From Daphnia carinata (lineage: Eukaryota), in the NCBI RefSeq assembly GCF_022539665.2, contig NC_081333.1, positions 9,238,001-9,302,000 on the forward strand: DNA of 64,000 nucleotides. The letters are read 5' to 3'. A program made the position numbers and the translations under genes. Under the pieces are notes generated by a model that was not told where the DNA came from, ran no database searches, and worked only from the letters and a program-made list of their open reading frames with translations. Below, piece after piece: positions 33,627 to 48,686 of this stretch (the stretch's first letter is position 1; every line of letters starts with the position of its first letter).

Positions 33627-34146
33627 AATTGTCCAGGTTATGAAAGCGGAAGGAGCCGATTTCTTTCTTTTAAAATTATCATTGTTTTTTTTTTTTTAAG
33701 TGAATACGTCTTTATTTATAATTGGAATACACACAGCTCGCTTTTCTTATTTCTCAAGGAAGGTTAGTTGGTTTTCTCTTAGAAAAGTTAGTTTCATTTT
33801 ACTTTTTAAAACAAAAGCTATTCCTTAATAATTCGTTATTTACATATTTCATTACGTTATTCTCATATTTTCTTACTGGTGGAAAGCGTACAAAGTAACA
33901 AAAAACGGTATCGAAGGGGGTCACGTCCCTCGATGATTAGCTGCCAGCATCCATGAACCTATTGGCCATGGGGAGGCTTACGAACAACCTACGAGCTCCG
34001 ATTACCCCTTCTCCACCTGAGTTTGTGGGACGATCTTCAATGTAGTGAACGGTACTACAGATCGTTTTTTTTTGTGCCATTTTTAGCCCCATATTGTAGG
34101 CATGGCTCTTCATTTTTCTTCTTTCTTGAAAGCATTTGGTGTAGAT

Positions 34147-34200
34147 GTAATCCGATGAGATGACAAATCTTGCGTAATCCGAAGAGATGAAGAATCTTGC
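34147..34200. repeat. 27-bp tandem duplication
   Basis: GTAATCCGATGAGATGACAAATCTTGC followed by GTAATCCGAAGAGATGAAGAATCTTGC, then a partial GAATCTTG. Confidence 0.9.
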
Positions 34201-34266
34201 GAATCTTGAATGATGACGTAGAGGGGTGGTGGGAGGAGAGCATGGAGGGCTTGGAAATTGGAGGAG

Positions 34267-34326
34267 TAGGGATTTGAACCCGGGGCCGACAGAATACAAA
34301 GCGTGGGTGATAACCACGGTGCCAGG
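34267..34326 (-). other. tRNA-like unit (A and B boxes)
   Basis: Minus strand TGGCACCGTGGTTA...CCCGGGTTCAAATCCC, with tRNA-like spacing but no proper cloverleaf. Confidence 0.55.
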
Positions 34327-34407
34327 ACCGCACATTCCAACCAAATTTTGCTTTCGGTGTCTCTCATCTCTAAAGGTAGCTTATATATGTAGCAAGTGAT
34401 TGAAATA

Positions 34408-34465
34408 TGGCGCTGTGGCAAAGTCTGTGGCTGTCATGCCGATGTCACGAGTTCGAATCTGTGTT
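34408..34465 (+). other. tRNA-like unit (A and B boxes)
   Basis: TGGCGCTGTGGCAAAG...GGC-TGTCAT-GCC...CACGAGTTCGAATCTGTG. No acceptor stem. Confidence 0.55.
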
Positions 34466-34919
34466 GTTATACTATTTAAATATTTTTTTTTTGTAAAAAA
34501 GATATTTAGTCAATATTATTTTGCAAAGCGCGCGCCTGCCCGTCGGCTTACGTGATGTCGCCCACCTGTTGTAAGCAATGCTCATGGACTGAAAAGTTAC
34601 TTATTTCCACGTTTCCATCCACATTTTATTTTTTCTTGCTTTTGTTGTTATTCTTGTTTTGTTTTTTTTTCCTTATTACTTTAGAGTAGAGAAGGTTTTC
34701 ATTCATTTTTACAGAAGTGAGAGAATAAACTACATGGCCTGTTTCTATGAAAGTTGGCCAGATGTCGCGGGAACTGGTGCCACACTAAATTTTTAGAAAG
34801 CAGACAGCCGGGGACTTTCTATACTGACAGCTGTTGGATGTTTGGTGATGGTGGCAGTGGTTTTCATTACGTTAACAATAAGTGAAAGTAGATAGGACTA
34901 TTATTTAAATCGCTAAAAG

Positions 34920-36493
34920 ATGGAAGATTTAAAGAAAAGAATTGAGCAACTAGAAGAAGAGCTTAAAGCTGAGAAATTAAAAAATGAGACATCTTCTGTG
35001 GCACGTCCGAAAATCAGTCAAATGTCATCTGAAGTGGTGGACTCCAATCCGTACAGGTATGTTGCTCACTGTTAAAGACGTTATTCGCATTTCCCTTGAC
35101 ACCTAAATATTTTCGTTTACCTTTATCTACCTAGTCGACTAATGGCTCTAAAACGGATGGGGATTGTTGAAAACTATGAGAAAATCCGGGACTACACTGT
35201 GGCAGTAGTTGGTGTTGGAGGAGTTGGCAGTGTGACTGCTGAAATGCTCACACGTTGTGGAATTGGCAAAGTAAGATTATAAGCTACAAATGTTTATGTC
35301 ATGATAACCCAATTTCTGTTGAACAGTTGATTCTGTTTGATTATGACAAAGTTGAACTGGCCAATATGAATAGACTCTTTTTCCAACCTCATCAATCTGG
35401 TTTGTCAAAAGTAGAAGCTGCAGCCAACACCCTCACTTTCATCAATCCAGATGTGCAGTTTGAAACACATAATTATAATATTACAACTATGGATAACTTT
35501 CAACACTTCATGGGGAGACTCAAGTAAACGTATTGCTAGAAGGAAAATGTAATTCAAGTTTAGTTACCTACATTTTATTTTTGCAGAGAGGGAAGTTTAA
35601 CCAGTGGTCCCGTAGATTTAGTTCTAAGCTGTGTGGACAACTTCGAAGCCCGAATGGCCATAAATGCCGCTTGCAATGAGATAAATCAAATATGGTTTGA
35701 ATCAGGTGTATCTGAAAATGCTGTCTCTGGTCACATACAGTTCTTAATTCCTGGGAAAACTGCCTGCTTCGCTGTAAGATATATCAAAAGATTTTCTGTC
35801 TAAAATAATTCTGACATTGTAATTTTGAATTTTACAGTGTGCCCCTCCCCTAGTTGTGGCTTCAAATATAGACGAGAAGACATTGAAAAAGGACGGAGTA
35901 TGTGCCGCAAGTCTTCCAACTACGATGGCTATTGTTGCCGGATTTCTGGTTCAAAACACTTTAAAGTAAAGGCTGTCTATTTTCCTATAACGTTTACAAA
36001 GACACTTGCGTAAGTTTTCTCTCTTAGATATTTGCTGAAATTTGGCCAAGTGAGTTATTACTTGGGTTACAATGCAATGCAAGATTTCTTCCCTACCATG
36101 ATGATGAAGCCAAACGATGGATGTGATGACTACTATTGCCGCTTGCGACAAAAAGAGCAAAGAGAATCCTTAATTCTAAATCCTGTGGAGGAAACTGTAA
36201 GCGAAGAAGTAGCCGCCATCATACACGAAGACAATGAATGGGGTAATTCAACTACATGACACGAATTAATTAATACGTATGGTTATTTTCTAATTTGCGC
36301 GCCATTCTATCTAGGAATTTCTTTGGTTGATGAATCAGAACCCGTTGTCGAGGGAGCTCGCAGTGAAATAGCACCCGGAATCCATGCAGCGTACGATTTG
36401 CCTGCTGCTGAAGAGGTAGTAGAAGGGTCACCCGACTCTGCTGATGCCAATATCAGTCTCGAAGAACTTATGGCCCAGATGAAATCCATGTAA
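34920..36493 (+). CDS. UBA5: Ubiquitin-like modifier-activating enzyme 5 (UFM1 E1)
   Basis: [43 protein letters not shown], catalytic [23 protein letters not shown] and the end [12 protein letters not shown]. Confidence 0.98.
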
Positions 36494-36607
36494 AGTATAT
36501 ATTAATTGTTAACTATCCATGGAAAATTGTGTGTTGAAAATGGTACAGAGTACCAAATATTCCTATATTCAACAGGGGGTTGTTACATTTCACATACATT
36601 AATGGTT

Positions 36608-37531
<924 letters not shown>

Positions 37532-38178
37532 AATTAGGTTTAGCAAATCAATACTGGTTATCCATCCAATAGTATATCTAGCTATTAAACACTGCAACCG
37601 TGCTCAAACATCTACAGACTATCACAAACCCTCGAAAATCACAATTGTCGAAAGAAAACAAGGCGACTTTAACGGCATCTCTGGGCCATGGACATCATAA
37701 GTCGCTAAGGCACGGGCTAGGCGGCTGCCAACTTCAAATTCTCCCATAGATGAGGGCTTGTAAAAATCTCAGAACTTCATAAGCAACTATTGGATCATAT
37801 TGATTTATGTTGTTTCTTATACAACGATAACTGTATTTTTAAAGATCCGTAAAGAAGTCAACCTTATCTTGGGACCGGAGGGTGTGGGCGGAGAGCTTCC
37901 GATGCTTGCGTCCTTAGTGACGTGTCCCTTGATGACGAACTTTTTAAAAAAGAAAGTGCCCATTTTTCCGGGAAAATCTTCTATCCCAATTCAAATCTAA
38001 GAGACATAAGGTGATCTAGTCCACTTGGTGCCGGCTGTTGTACAGATGGTATCTTCCCAAAACCATTTCTCTCAGAGTTTTTCTTTCTTTTCGAGTTGCT
38101 GTTTAATCGCTTAATTGTACCGTCTGCTACGGTTAGTGTACACAAATCTCTGGCAGAAAACAACTGTTGAAGTGTAAA

Positions 38179-39970
38179 ATGTTTGCGAAATTAAAGAAAA
38201 AAGTTGAAGATCTAGAAGGCTCCGACCTACACAAGTTAGCCAATTCTATAAGCTTCTCAAATGTCACTGGAGGTCCCGAAAAATCTGCTTCGTCGAATTC
38301 AATTAAGTCTCATGATAATTTTGCGGCTTCATCGCAGTCCCAGAAAGGATCAACTACAAGTTTATCCTCGATGCAGGGAGGCGTCAGATCAGATGAAGCT
38401 GATGCAAACATAGCTGCAGAGAAAAAATGGAAGCAGAGATTAGTGGAAATAGAAAATGAATGGAGAGTAAAAGTTATGGTGCAAGAACATGAAAAAGAAC
38501 AGGTGGCAAAAGATCGGGATTTGCTCAACCAACAGAAAAGAAAAATGGAAGAAGAAATAAAAGAATTGAAAGGTTTGTATAAGTTGATGAGTTATTGATG
38601 TTATTAATATTAATAATGTCACATGGCTTCAGGTTATCAGGATAAATGCCTGAAAGCTGAAGAGAGCCTCAAAGAGTTGCAAGAATCAAATAAACGAGAA
38701 TCAGCCTCACTACAGCTCTTGGTAAACACTTGTTTCTACTATTCCAAAATAAACTTTTTTTCCCCATTTGAACCTGTTATTTTTTCTCAGTTATCAAATG
38801 CCAGTGTTGAAGTTGAGGACATGAAAGTGAAGGATGATCAACTCCAAAAAGAATTGATCAAGAAAGATGAAATGATTGAAATGTTTCAAGTTCAAATTCG
38901 TCTCAATGAGGAAATGTACCAAAACAGGCAAAAATCAGATTTAGAAGGGGGCATCCAAGAATCCCATGTTGATGGACTAGAACACAAAAATGTGCAAAAG
39001 CAACTTCAAATAGAATATGAAGAAAGGCTGAAAACACTTGAAGAAAGCTTGGTAAACTGATGTGTTTATTTTCTGTCATATTGCCGCTTATTCTATCCAT
39101 TCGATTTAATTACAGATAGGAAAAGATTGTGAACTTCAACGGTTGCAAAGGCATTTAGATCAGGGGAAAACGGCCCTTGATACCATGACGCAGAATTGGC
39201 AAGAGGAAAAAACCCATAATTTGAGTTTGAAAGACAAAATTGCCCAGCTGTCAGAAGAAAAAGATCATTTTGTTGTTCGGAATGCTGAACTTTCACAACA
39301 AGTATCATTGAGCCAGCAGCAATTGCAGCGGACCGAGAAGGAGCTTTATGAACTTCAGGATAAATTTAGTAACATGGAGAAGGAAAACCAGCAAATTAAA
39401 CTTCTCCTGACAGACGCCGAAGCCCGAGACGAGAACTCGGAGCGCACTTGTAAATTACGGTCACAAATTGCTGAATTGGAAGCAGCGTTCTCTGAAAAGA
39501 ACAAAACCATCAAATTGCAACAACAGCGATTGGCGGACATGAAAAAGACACTACAAAAGGAATTGAAGAACCAAAACAATGACGGTGATAGTCTTTCGGT
39601 GCCTACATCGTCGCCAATAGCACCAAAAAGTCCCATTCTATCAAAAGCCCCTCAGCCTGCCAAAAGTGAAATGGAAGAAGTGAATTTTAAGTACCTGAAG
39701 CATGTCATATTCAAATTCTTAACAAGTCGAGAGTATGAGGTAATTCCCTTTACTTGTTTCACAATAATTTAGTTTGCCTTTTTCCTAACATCTTCAAATG
39801 GTTGTTAACAGGCCCAGCATTTAACACGGGCTGTCTCAACTTTGCTGAAATTGACACCAGACGAGGAAAAACTGTTGAAAGAAACGCTGGAGTGGAAGAT
39901 GTCATGGTTTCGGTCACGACCGGACTTGGGTACCGGACAAGGTGCCATGTACATTCCCCCGACGCATTGA
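38179..39970 (+). CDS. GOLGA1: Golgin-97 (GRIP-domain golgin)
   Basis: N-terminus MFAKLKKK, coiled coil, [21 protein letters not shown] and GRIP domain [32 protein letters not shown]...[10 protein letters not shown]. Confidence 0.92.
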
Positions 39971-42900
39971 TACATACCGCCTTTCTGGTACCAATTCATT
40001 TGCAACATTTTGAAATCGAGCAATTTTAACAGCTGATCTGCTCCAAAGAATCTTAACACTGTACAAAAACAATCCACACTTGATGTTGTGTACCCTTTAC
40101 ATTGTAAACCGTACCTCCGTATGGCCTCCTTGGATACTGCAGCTAGTGATCGTGTAATAATGGCTTTTTATTTAAAAAAAAAAATGTTTCCATTAGTGCT
40201 TAATCATAGTCATGTGTTGCGTTTCCCATATATATCTAGCCTTGCAGCCACGAGCGTTAATTACTGGCCATCTGTCGAACGAAATCAGCGCCGCATTGTT
40301 ACGGTAAAAATCCAAGACGGATGAAACGTTATCAATTAGATTTGACGTTCCATTTTGGAATAGGTTGTCCAGCGGAGCGTGTTAATCCTACGTGTAAATT
40401 CTCATCGCCGGCAGGTACGCTGTTGGATCTGCAGCTCGGCTGTTGATTGGCATAAAAGTAAATATCCGTTTGGTAAACGAAGCAACAAGCGTCCGCGACT
40501 CCCGTTGAGTGGAATGGAGTGCCACCCGTTAGAGGATATGTTGGAGTAGTGCGCGCACGCAGCCGCACTAGCCAAGAAGCGTTTCTCGTTCAGGTTGAGC
40601 AATCTCCTACCTCCTCCTTTTCCTATCCTCTTGATCCCCATGCACGACGAGAAGCGCGCTTTAAAAACCCGACAGGGGCAAAATCTCACAGGTCATTCGA
40701 GCATCACGCCCCGATGCATGCGGACCATTTTCGCTCTGTCTGCATTGTATCAGTAGTGCGGTTAAATCATCGGATTTCGTGGAAAATCGTGAACTAACAC
40801 ACAGTGCAGCGCAGTTTTCAGGGATTATTTGCATCATTTCCACGAACTTCAAGTCATTCGCACTTCTTTTCTCGCCATGGCGACGGCACTCAGGTAAGAT
40901 ATTCATCACTTTCAAATAATTTCTTTTGGCTAGTGCCAACGTTATTTGATTTTGTGTAAAAAATGGAATCCATCTGTGTTTTTATTCCTGTTGCTGGAAT
41001 CATATTCCGAGAACTGTCTTTCACCCCACGGCAATGCTTTCAACATCATCTGCGAAATTCTCGTACAAATTCCAAAAAAAAAAAGGAGGGCGGTCTTCTT
41101 ATTTTTCTTTTTCAAGCCAATAGATATGAAGAGCTGATCAATTTCTTTTGGATTTGACATGGGGATAGGGAATGAAAAGGTTTTCCTCTCGTTAGGAATG
41201 CATACAAAGATTGATATGAAAAAGGGCCAGCCATAAAAGCAATCGATTATACTGGCCGTGGGATCTAGTCGACATGAAGAAATCAGATCAAATCGGGTCA
41301 ATACGCTGTTTTTCTACTCAAGTTATTGGTCTCTTCATCTTTTTAAATTAGAAATAATCTCGTTTTTTGTCAAAACTAGAAACTTTCGCTATGCTGGTTG
41401 AACTAATTAAAATGGCTTACGTCAAACTGGGAATGCAAAAGGAGGTGGGTCGCTGATCGGAAGACAGATGAAGGTGGGGTAAGCAAAAAAAGAGACAAGG
41501 TAAAAATATTCGTAATGGAAATGGAAGCAAAAAAAAAAAAAAAGAAAATGACGGTGAGAGAATGCTACGTCACAGACACAAAAAAAAAAAGGGTTAAACG
41601 AACTTTCTGGAGGCGATCTATTTGGTCGGAAGAACACGCCGAATGTGACTGGGGACTCTCAAATTGAATAAAAGGATTATTTCATCCGAAAAAAAGAAAT
41701 CGAGGAAAAAAAAATCGTAATGTAGAAAAGTGCGTTCATCCAAGAGCGAACAAAACTAGACAAACGAATAAAAGAAAAAGACACGATCGATTGGATCAAA
41801 TAGTCCGTTGTTTCTACAAAAGAGGGAATGGAAAAATTTTTGTTGTGGAAAATCTCTTGTGGCCATCGATAAAGCGGCTGACAGCGGCGAAAAGATTGCG
41901 GACAAGATCTTTTCTTCCGTCAATCGGAAGAAAAACAATCCAAAACAAGAGTATAATTTTTGCTCCAATCGTTTCGCTTCCATTCATTTGATGCAATCCA
42001 ATCTTGGGGAGACGATAGTCTTTGCTAACCAAGGCACTATGCTGGAATAAGATGAACAACCCCCCCACACACAAAAAGTGCAGTGCTATATTATCCCGGT
42101 CCAGCCGCCGCTTGACGCAGTGCTTCACACGATCTTTTGATCTGATAGACGCTTCGTTGCTACGCTTTCCTGTGTTTTAATGGTCCGAACGAGAGATCCG
42201 CTTTTCTCTTGTTAAATGTCGTGTTAGGATTGTTTGGCTTAAACGCCCCTTAACGCCTTTTCATTTTTGTTCTTTGTGTAATTTCGATCTATTGCAGTGA
42301 TCACACGAAAGTTCTCTTAAAGGAATTATGGTGGATGATTTCTACTGTTAAAAACGAGTGAATCTTACAAATAATGCGTGCAACTAAACGTTCCTCATTC
42401 TATTTTAACATCTACATATTTTTCTGTTGAAAATCAAAAGATATACATTTTTTATCCCCCCCTTCCTTTTCTTGCTTATCTCATCCGTCTTCTTGTCCCC
42501 TGTTCGGCATGTCTTGTAAGCATTTCCTTAAGCTGACCAGCGCACCAGCTTCGTTAACAGTCGCGTCATGTTTAGGCCAGCTAAAGTATCGCACAGAAAG
42601 GTTGGCATCTTTTAAATTAAAAAAAAAAGGGGAAATGCAAAAGAAAGTGGATGAGACAAACGCGACAGAAACGAACGAAATGTAGCATGCACGACTCTTG
42701 TGAGATTAACATTTTTCATATTTGCCAAGCTTGATATACGCGAGATTTTTGCTGGAACACGTAACAATAACGTTGTAAGGTATTCCAGAATAAACGGGGG
42801 GATTCTTCTCTGCAACAGACGTCGAACAGAAAAATAATCCTAGCATGTAAACGCTCGTCTAGGCGGCTAAACGAAAGGATTGTAACATGTTTTCATAAGT

Positions 42901-45900
42901 GAAGAAGAAGCAACGTATGCGTGCCTTACTCTTTTAATATTTTCCTGGAGATGAATACCCAGCTGCTCTCTCTTAAACTTTAAAAAATAAAAAAAAGTGG
43001 AATAACAACGTATGGCATTGTGTGGTGATCTTTGAAGGATCGTCTATCCGGTTGTCATGGATTTTTTCCCTATATCTTTTACTTTCCACCAAAGAATGTG
43101 CCTTTTTCTATATTAAAATTTTATCTTCTTATTTCCAACTATTTTTTTACGCAAACGCATCCCATTTAGTGGAAGCCAAGTTTTAAAAAAATGTATATAT
43201 ATTTATGTAAACGGAATTTGATCCGGATGGTCCCATCCTCGAACTAGTTCCGGACAGAGAGAACTCTCTACGACACGAGGCACATATGGCACAGGAAAAG
43301 AAAAGACAGCAAAATGTTGAATCGGTGACAAGGATAGAATATGCTGTCCAAAACAGCCGACCGGAATATCCAGCGTGAAGGATAAAAGGAAAAAGTTGGT
43401 AACCGTGAAGAAATGGGGAGATTATGGAGTGCGGGAAAACTGTAACGTGTCCACCATATCCGGCAAGGTCCCTATTTCTCTTTCTTGTGGTGTGCATATA
43501 TATTTTTATTCGATTCAAAGCCCTTTTTTTTTCTTTTTCTGTTTTGCTGGGATTTGTTTCCGCTTAGACGAGGACGTTTTTCGACGCCAAGATTTCAGGC
43601 GAGGGGAAAAAGTTTTTTTTTATCCCAGTCTTTACCTTTTACTGACGCTCGGCTGGCGACCAACTTGTCGAAGTGAAAGAGTGAGTGACAGGACTATTAA
43701 GCTGGGCTTGAAGAAAAGAAATGGTTTTTCTAGAAATATACAGTATATTCTTTTTTTGTGTATTGATTGTAAAGTTTTCGCATAACTGTAACTCTGTGAC
43801 GGGGAAAGTGATTGAACTTCCGCAAAATTCGCATTTTTCTTGTAGCAATCAACAAACGCTAGGCTTTTATTTATGAGCCGACATTGAGTCATCGCGATAA
43901 TGGGCAAGTGCAGAAAGTGTCACAGACACGTATCGTTTTTTCCTTCTCTATTTTTGATCTTTTTCTCGTTATATGCCGAGCCCATGCGCCTATTATTTCC
44001 TTTGATGTGGTTCGCTAACGTCTAGACGTGCCGACTTGTAACAGATCATCAAGTCGCCTCGTCCTTGTCATCGCCTGACTGCATGGACAGTCATCGTTTC
44101 GCATTAACCTTCCGCATGCAAAGCGAGAAATCTTTTTGAAAACAAACAGCAAAAAGGAAAGGATAACTCTTATTCTTTTTGATAGGTGGTCGGGTACATT
44201 TTGATTACATACAATATATAGACGCTTATCTAAAATGAAAGCCACTCAGCAGTTGAACGTGTACAAGCCCTAACAATATAGAGAATTATTCTTCCATTTT
44301 TTTGTTCCTGGCCCCCTGTATATTTACACATTCCGTGGCGTGTCGGGCCACACCCTGTTCTATAATTCGACCTCTACAGGACCGAAAATGGATCGGTCGA
44401 GCTGAGCGGGAATTGTGGACATAAGCCGATGATGATGAATCGTCGTCTTGCTGAATCCTAACGATAAGGACCCTCCTTTTTTTCTCCCAGCAAAAGAGAG
44501 AGCACAGAGTACAACCAATCGTGAGAAAAGATCAAGAAATAACGTAGGTCCTTATGAACGTGCATAGCCCAGCATTTGCCTTCAGGTCGAGTGTGATTCT
44601 CTCGAATTACTATTTAATTCTGCGTTTTACTTTTGCTTCAATTCTTGTGGAATTAAATAAGCTAAGTAGCGTTGTATCAGTGAAACCAAGCGCAGCAAAT
44701 GCATAATTTTGAAATTCATTTGTAGTTCACTTCCAGACCCGTTTGGTTTCAGCTATAAAAGACAAATCAACGATAGAAATGTTTTTACAGCAGCTCTGCC
44801 ATCGCTTTATTTATGCCGTTCGACAATACAAAAGCCTCCTTGGAGGAGTATAAATATTCAAATGGGTATATGAGCAGAAAAAAAAAATATGAATGTGTTT
44901 TGTTTGTTTTAGGATGGAATAGTACAGCATTATAGAAGCTTTTGTGTGTACAGTTGCGTGTGTGAATCAAACGAGCTGCAATTCACAGTTTTGTTGATAT
45001 GGCCCCGCCAGCAGCAAGGGGAGTGCCAATTTTATGCTTCGTTTTCCAAATTGATTGACACAATCCGATAGATATGATGGGTTTCGTAGAAAAAAAAAGG
45101 GATAGGGTAAAGAATAGGTATCCAGAAAACGCCCCTATTTTTCATTTGCATTTTCATTGAATAAATTCCACAGTTCTATACTAAAAAACTCGTCTTCCAA
45201 GAGAAGCGGAACGACAGAAGCGAGTGGGTGGAATGATACTTGATGAAAAAGCAAAAAATAGATTGAAACCTATCCTTTGCTGTTCCTATAAATAACTTGA
45301 ATGTGTCGAACGATCTTGAACTCTCTTTTTTTTTCTGTCCTTTCCCCCATTCAACGTGGACGCTTCCGGCGGTTCCGTCCCTATTTTAAAGGCTTTAGAG
45401 TCTCCAGCCTAGGCCATGTGTAACCGAAAAGAGGGACTAGCCAGCCAGAAACTAATTGGGAATGACGGTGCGTGACCGACGCTTGTTATTTATAAGGGCA
45501 TGGAACTTTTGTACAGATAGTACTTCGTTATTGGAACTTATTACATCGTCAACTCTCTTCGTCGATTGGATATGGCCAGCGAGAAACGGATGGCTAAGAC
45601 TTTCTCCTGCCCACTATGATTTTCGTGATAATTATTCCGCCCAGCGTAGCCTTCATTTTTCCAGTTGTCATCGAATGTAACCCGCACACAGTCCGCTTTT
45701 CTAATCAAGAATGATATGCTGTTCCAATCGTTTTATTTACCTATTACCACTATCTTCGTTATTTTTAATGCCTTCAGATACGGCAATTAAAACGCGAACT
45801 AAATGGTGAATAATGATCTGTAACCTAACACAGTAAAAGATCTATAGTATTAGGAATGGCAAATGAGGCCATGGAGACTGAGGTTTCATCATTCCGTATC

Positions 45901-48686
45901 ATTTGTTTTGTTTTAAGGAATCGTAAACCCAATCACTAACAGAACACTTTGCACGAACATAACCCGCAAGCGAAACACGGATATAACCATTAGAAACGAC
46001 GCGCATAATCTTGTTTTTACTGGAACACTGTATAAAAACTATGCAGGTTCCATTAACACGTACGAGGAAATGGTAGTTTTCTCTCGCTATGCCAACTACC
46101 AAAAAGAAAAACTGGCAAACAAATTCCATTGGGAAATGCTGACGGATGCAAGTGTACCTCAAGTAGATATCTACGACCTGCCATGATCAAGTGCTTTCCA
46201 ATGGAAATAGATCGCCATCATGTACCGTTGGGATATAGCCAGCTAACATCTAAAAAAAAAGCCATCCCTTCACTTTAAGTTGAAAGAACAGCTCCAGAAT
46301 CTTAAAGATCGTCAGAAAACGAGGAGGTTAGTCGATCTTTCCTAGTCAAAAGATGGACCCGCATTTCAAAGAGAGTCCCTGGAACACCGCGTAGAAGTTC
46401 AGTTACCATGGCTAGTAGTATAATCGTTACTTACAATTCAAATTTGAATGTTTTCCCGCGAAATTCGCTTAATATTTTCTGAGTACTTTTGCGCTGTGTA
46501 AAGTCCGACCAAACGCGTCAGGAAACTCTTATCCTCTTAGGTTCAGCACAAAAAGAAGTGTGCAACAAAACAAGGTCTCAATGACAGAATGAAAAGTAAA
46601 CTCTATATTGGTGGAAGTGGCGTATGTGTCCATAGTGTATAAGATTTTATGTTATTAAGCGGAAAAGGACGTTTTTAGGTGGGACGCAGAAAAAGAAATC
46701 AGGCAAAGAGACGATGCTGTATATCTTCCTGTTTGCTTTTAGCCCCGGAGTGCCCTTATTGATTTCAAACGAAACTCCATAGACGCGAAAGTCCATTTTC
46801 CCTTCCATTTTCCCTCCATTCCATAAAGAACCAATTGTCAATTTCGTCGGGTTTGAATATTACATTGGCATGTATAATGGCGAAGAGAGCCATATCCACC
46901 GTGAAACTATTTTGCTTCATATCGAATTTTCTACGGAGGCGTAATGAAGGTCTCGTCGTGGGTCGACGGAAGTGTGGAAACAAGTTGGAGCTTTTCCGCC
47001 TAGTGTCACGAAGAGATGTCAGCATTGTGGAATAACTTATGAGAACTAAAAGCTTTTTCCACTTCCCCCATTTTGTTTAAAGATTTGTTGATAATGTCGC
47101 ATTGCGAAGGAAATGCAGTTTTCACGACAACAATAATAATTCGATGATATATAATCATATAAAATTTGATGTTCTTGAGAATTATTTTTCAACAGTTATC
47201 GTATGCACCATTTGAGCGTATACTTACTATGTTAATAGGCGTTTCATTATGCGCATTCGTTTTCGAAGAAAATAATAATAATTCAAGTCTTTATTTTCTG
47301 GACACAAAATGTCTTTCTTCTTTCTTGTTGGAAACGATCTTCCTCAGTTAAACGACAAAAAAAGTTGTCGCTCCCATCTCCTTTTGCAGAATATTCCGTT
47401 GGGGTTCGGCTGGAACACAACAAAATTCAATATTAGCACAGGACAATAACCGGAAAGCAAACAGCCGCAGGAAACTGTGCGTTGTTATTAACAGCGCAGA
47501 CTGCAACTATACTTTCTACACAACACGCAACTCTGTTTCGCGTTCATTTGTGATTACCTCAGGCAAAACCGGATGTTCCGGTTTTACCGTATCATCGTTT
47601 AAACGTAGAGCTAAACGGATATTAGTGGGACAACGTAATCATTGCTAGTCGAATTCTCGTTATAGCCAGCAAACGTGGCTGGAGGCAAAACTAGGATAAT
47701 TTAGATTTTCTTTAACACTTTATCATGTTGAAACGCTTTGAACGCGATTCTGACACAAGTTGCCCGTACCTAAACGTGTAATCAACGGTTTCTTTTCCAC
47801 TTTGAAGAGCCTCTCGAAAACGATGACCTACTTAAATGTTTTTCCAGCCTGTTATTTCTGATATTATTTTTGTTATAAGCTTTTGATGTTGATAATGTCA
47901 GCCGACTGCCTTCTCTAGTTGGCCTCCCCCTCAGATCCCGACCAAGTTGTGTGCACGGCCCTGTATCTAGAATAAAAACAAGGGCGTGACGGTCTTCTAA
48001 ACATTAAGCGGATGAAATATTCAGACGGTTAAGTAGCAGCAAAAGAGCAATAGAAACTGGATGAAACCGGCCAACGTTCATCCTCTTTTGTTCATGTTGT
48101 ATTTGTAATACGAGTTTCATTTCCTAGTCGGATATTCCTAAGAAAAGTTAGACTGTTCATAAGGCACACTGGCTTTCCAGTTAAAGAATTAAATATAGAA
48201 AATACCGTTGGTTTATTTCCATGGTTTGTATCGGCCAGGTTCACTTCGTACATAACTTTGCCAAATTCAATGGCATTTTCTTCCATTTTCTAAGCCATTG
48301 AAATACATGTTAGACTATATGTGTACATCCAAAAGTTTGCTGTTTTACTGATCTATCCAATCTCCATGTTGATCCGATTAGTCGTCAAGAAATGTCTTGA
48401 TGTAATGGCCGGATAGTCTGCCATAATAAATCCAGGGCCAACTAGTTCCCCCTCTGACCTTTGAGAAAGATTTCAATTCACTAATGTAGACGAAAGCGTA
48501 TTGATCTGATTCTCAAGGTTCTCTCATCATTAGGCAAATGTAATTTACGTAATAGTTTTATGACATGAGTACGTAGCCATTGTAAGTGAAAAAAAAAAAT
48601 AATTACCCTGTTAATCAAGGTATCTATGGTGCTGATGAAATCAGGCGGCTGGCAATCGAGCTTGCAGCGATAATATTTAACAAAAG

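Larger units (their letters stand above)
33896..34470. mobile_element. Putative non-autonomous repeat element with a terminal hairpin, internal tandem repeat and two divergent tRNA-like units
   Basis: Hairpin ATCGA(A)GGG...CCCTCGAT at 33910-33934, a 27-bp duplication at 34147-34200, and A/B boxes at 34267-34326(-) and 34408-34465(+). No coding capacity. Boundaries are uncertain. Confidence 0.45.

Noticed and set aside
33937..34421. Three overlapping minus-strand ORFs (92-135 aa)
   Set aside because: They have no homology cues and overlap the tRNA-like and tandem-repeat element, so they are probably non-coding.
40088..48286. Numerous 60-136 aa ORFs
   Set aside because: Phe/Lys-rich translations of poly-A/T tracts, with no domain signatures or consistent splice structure.
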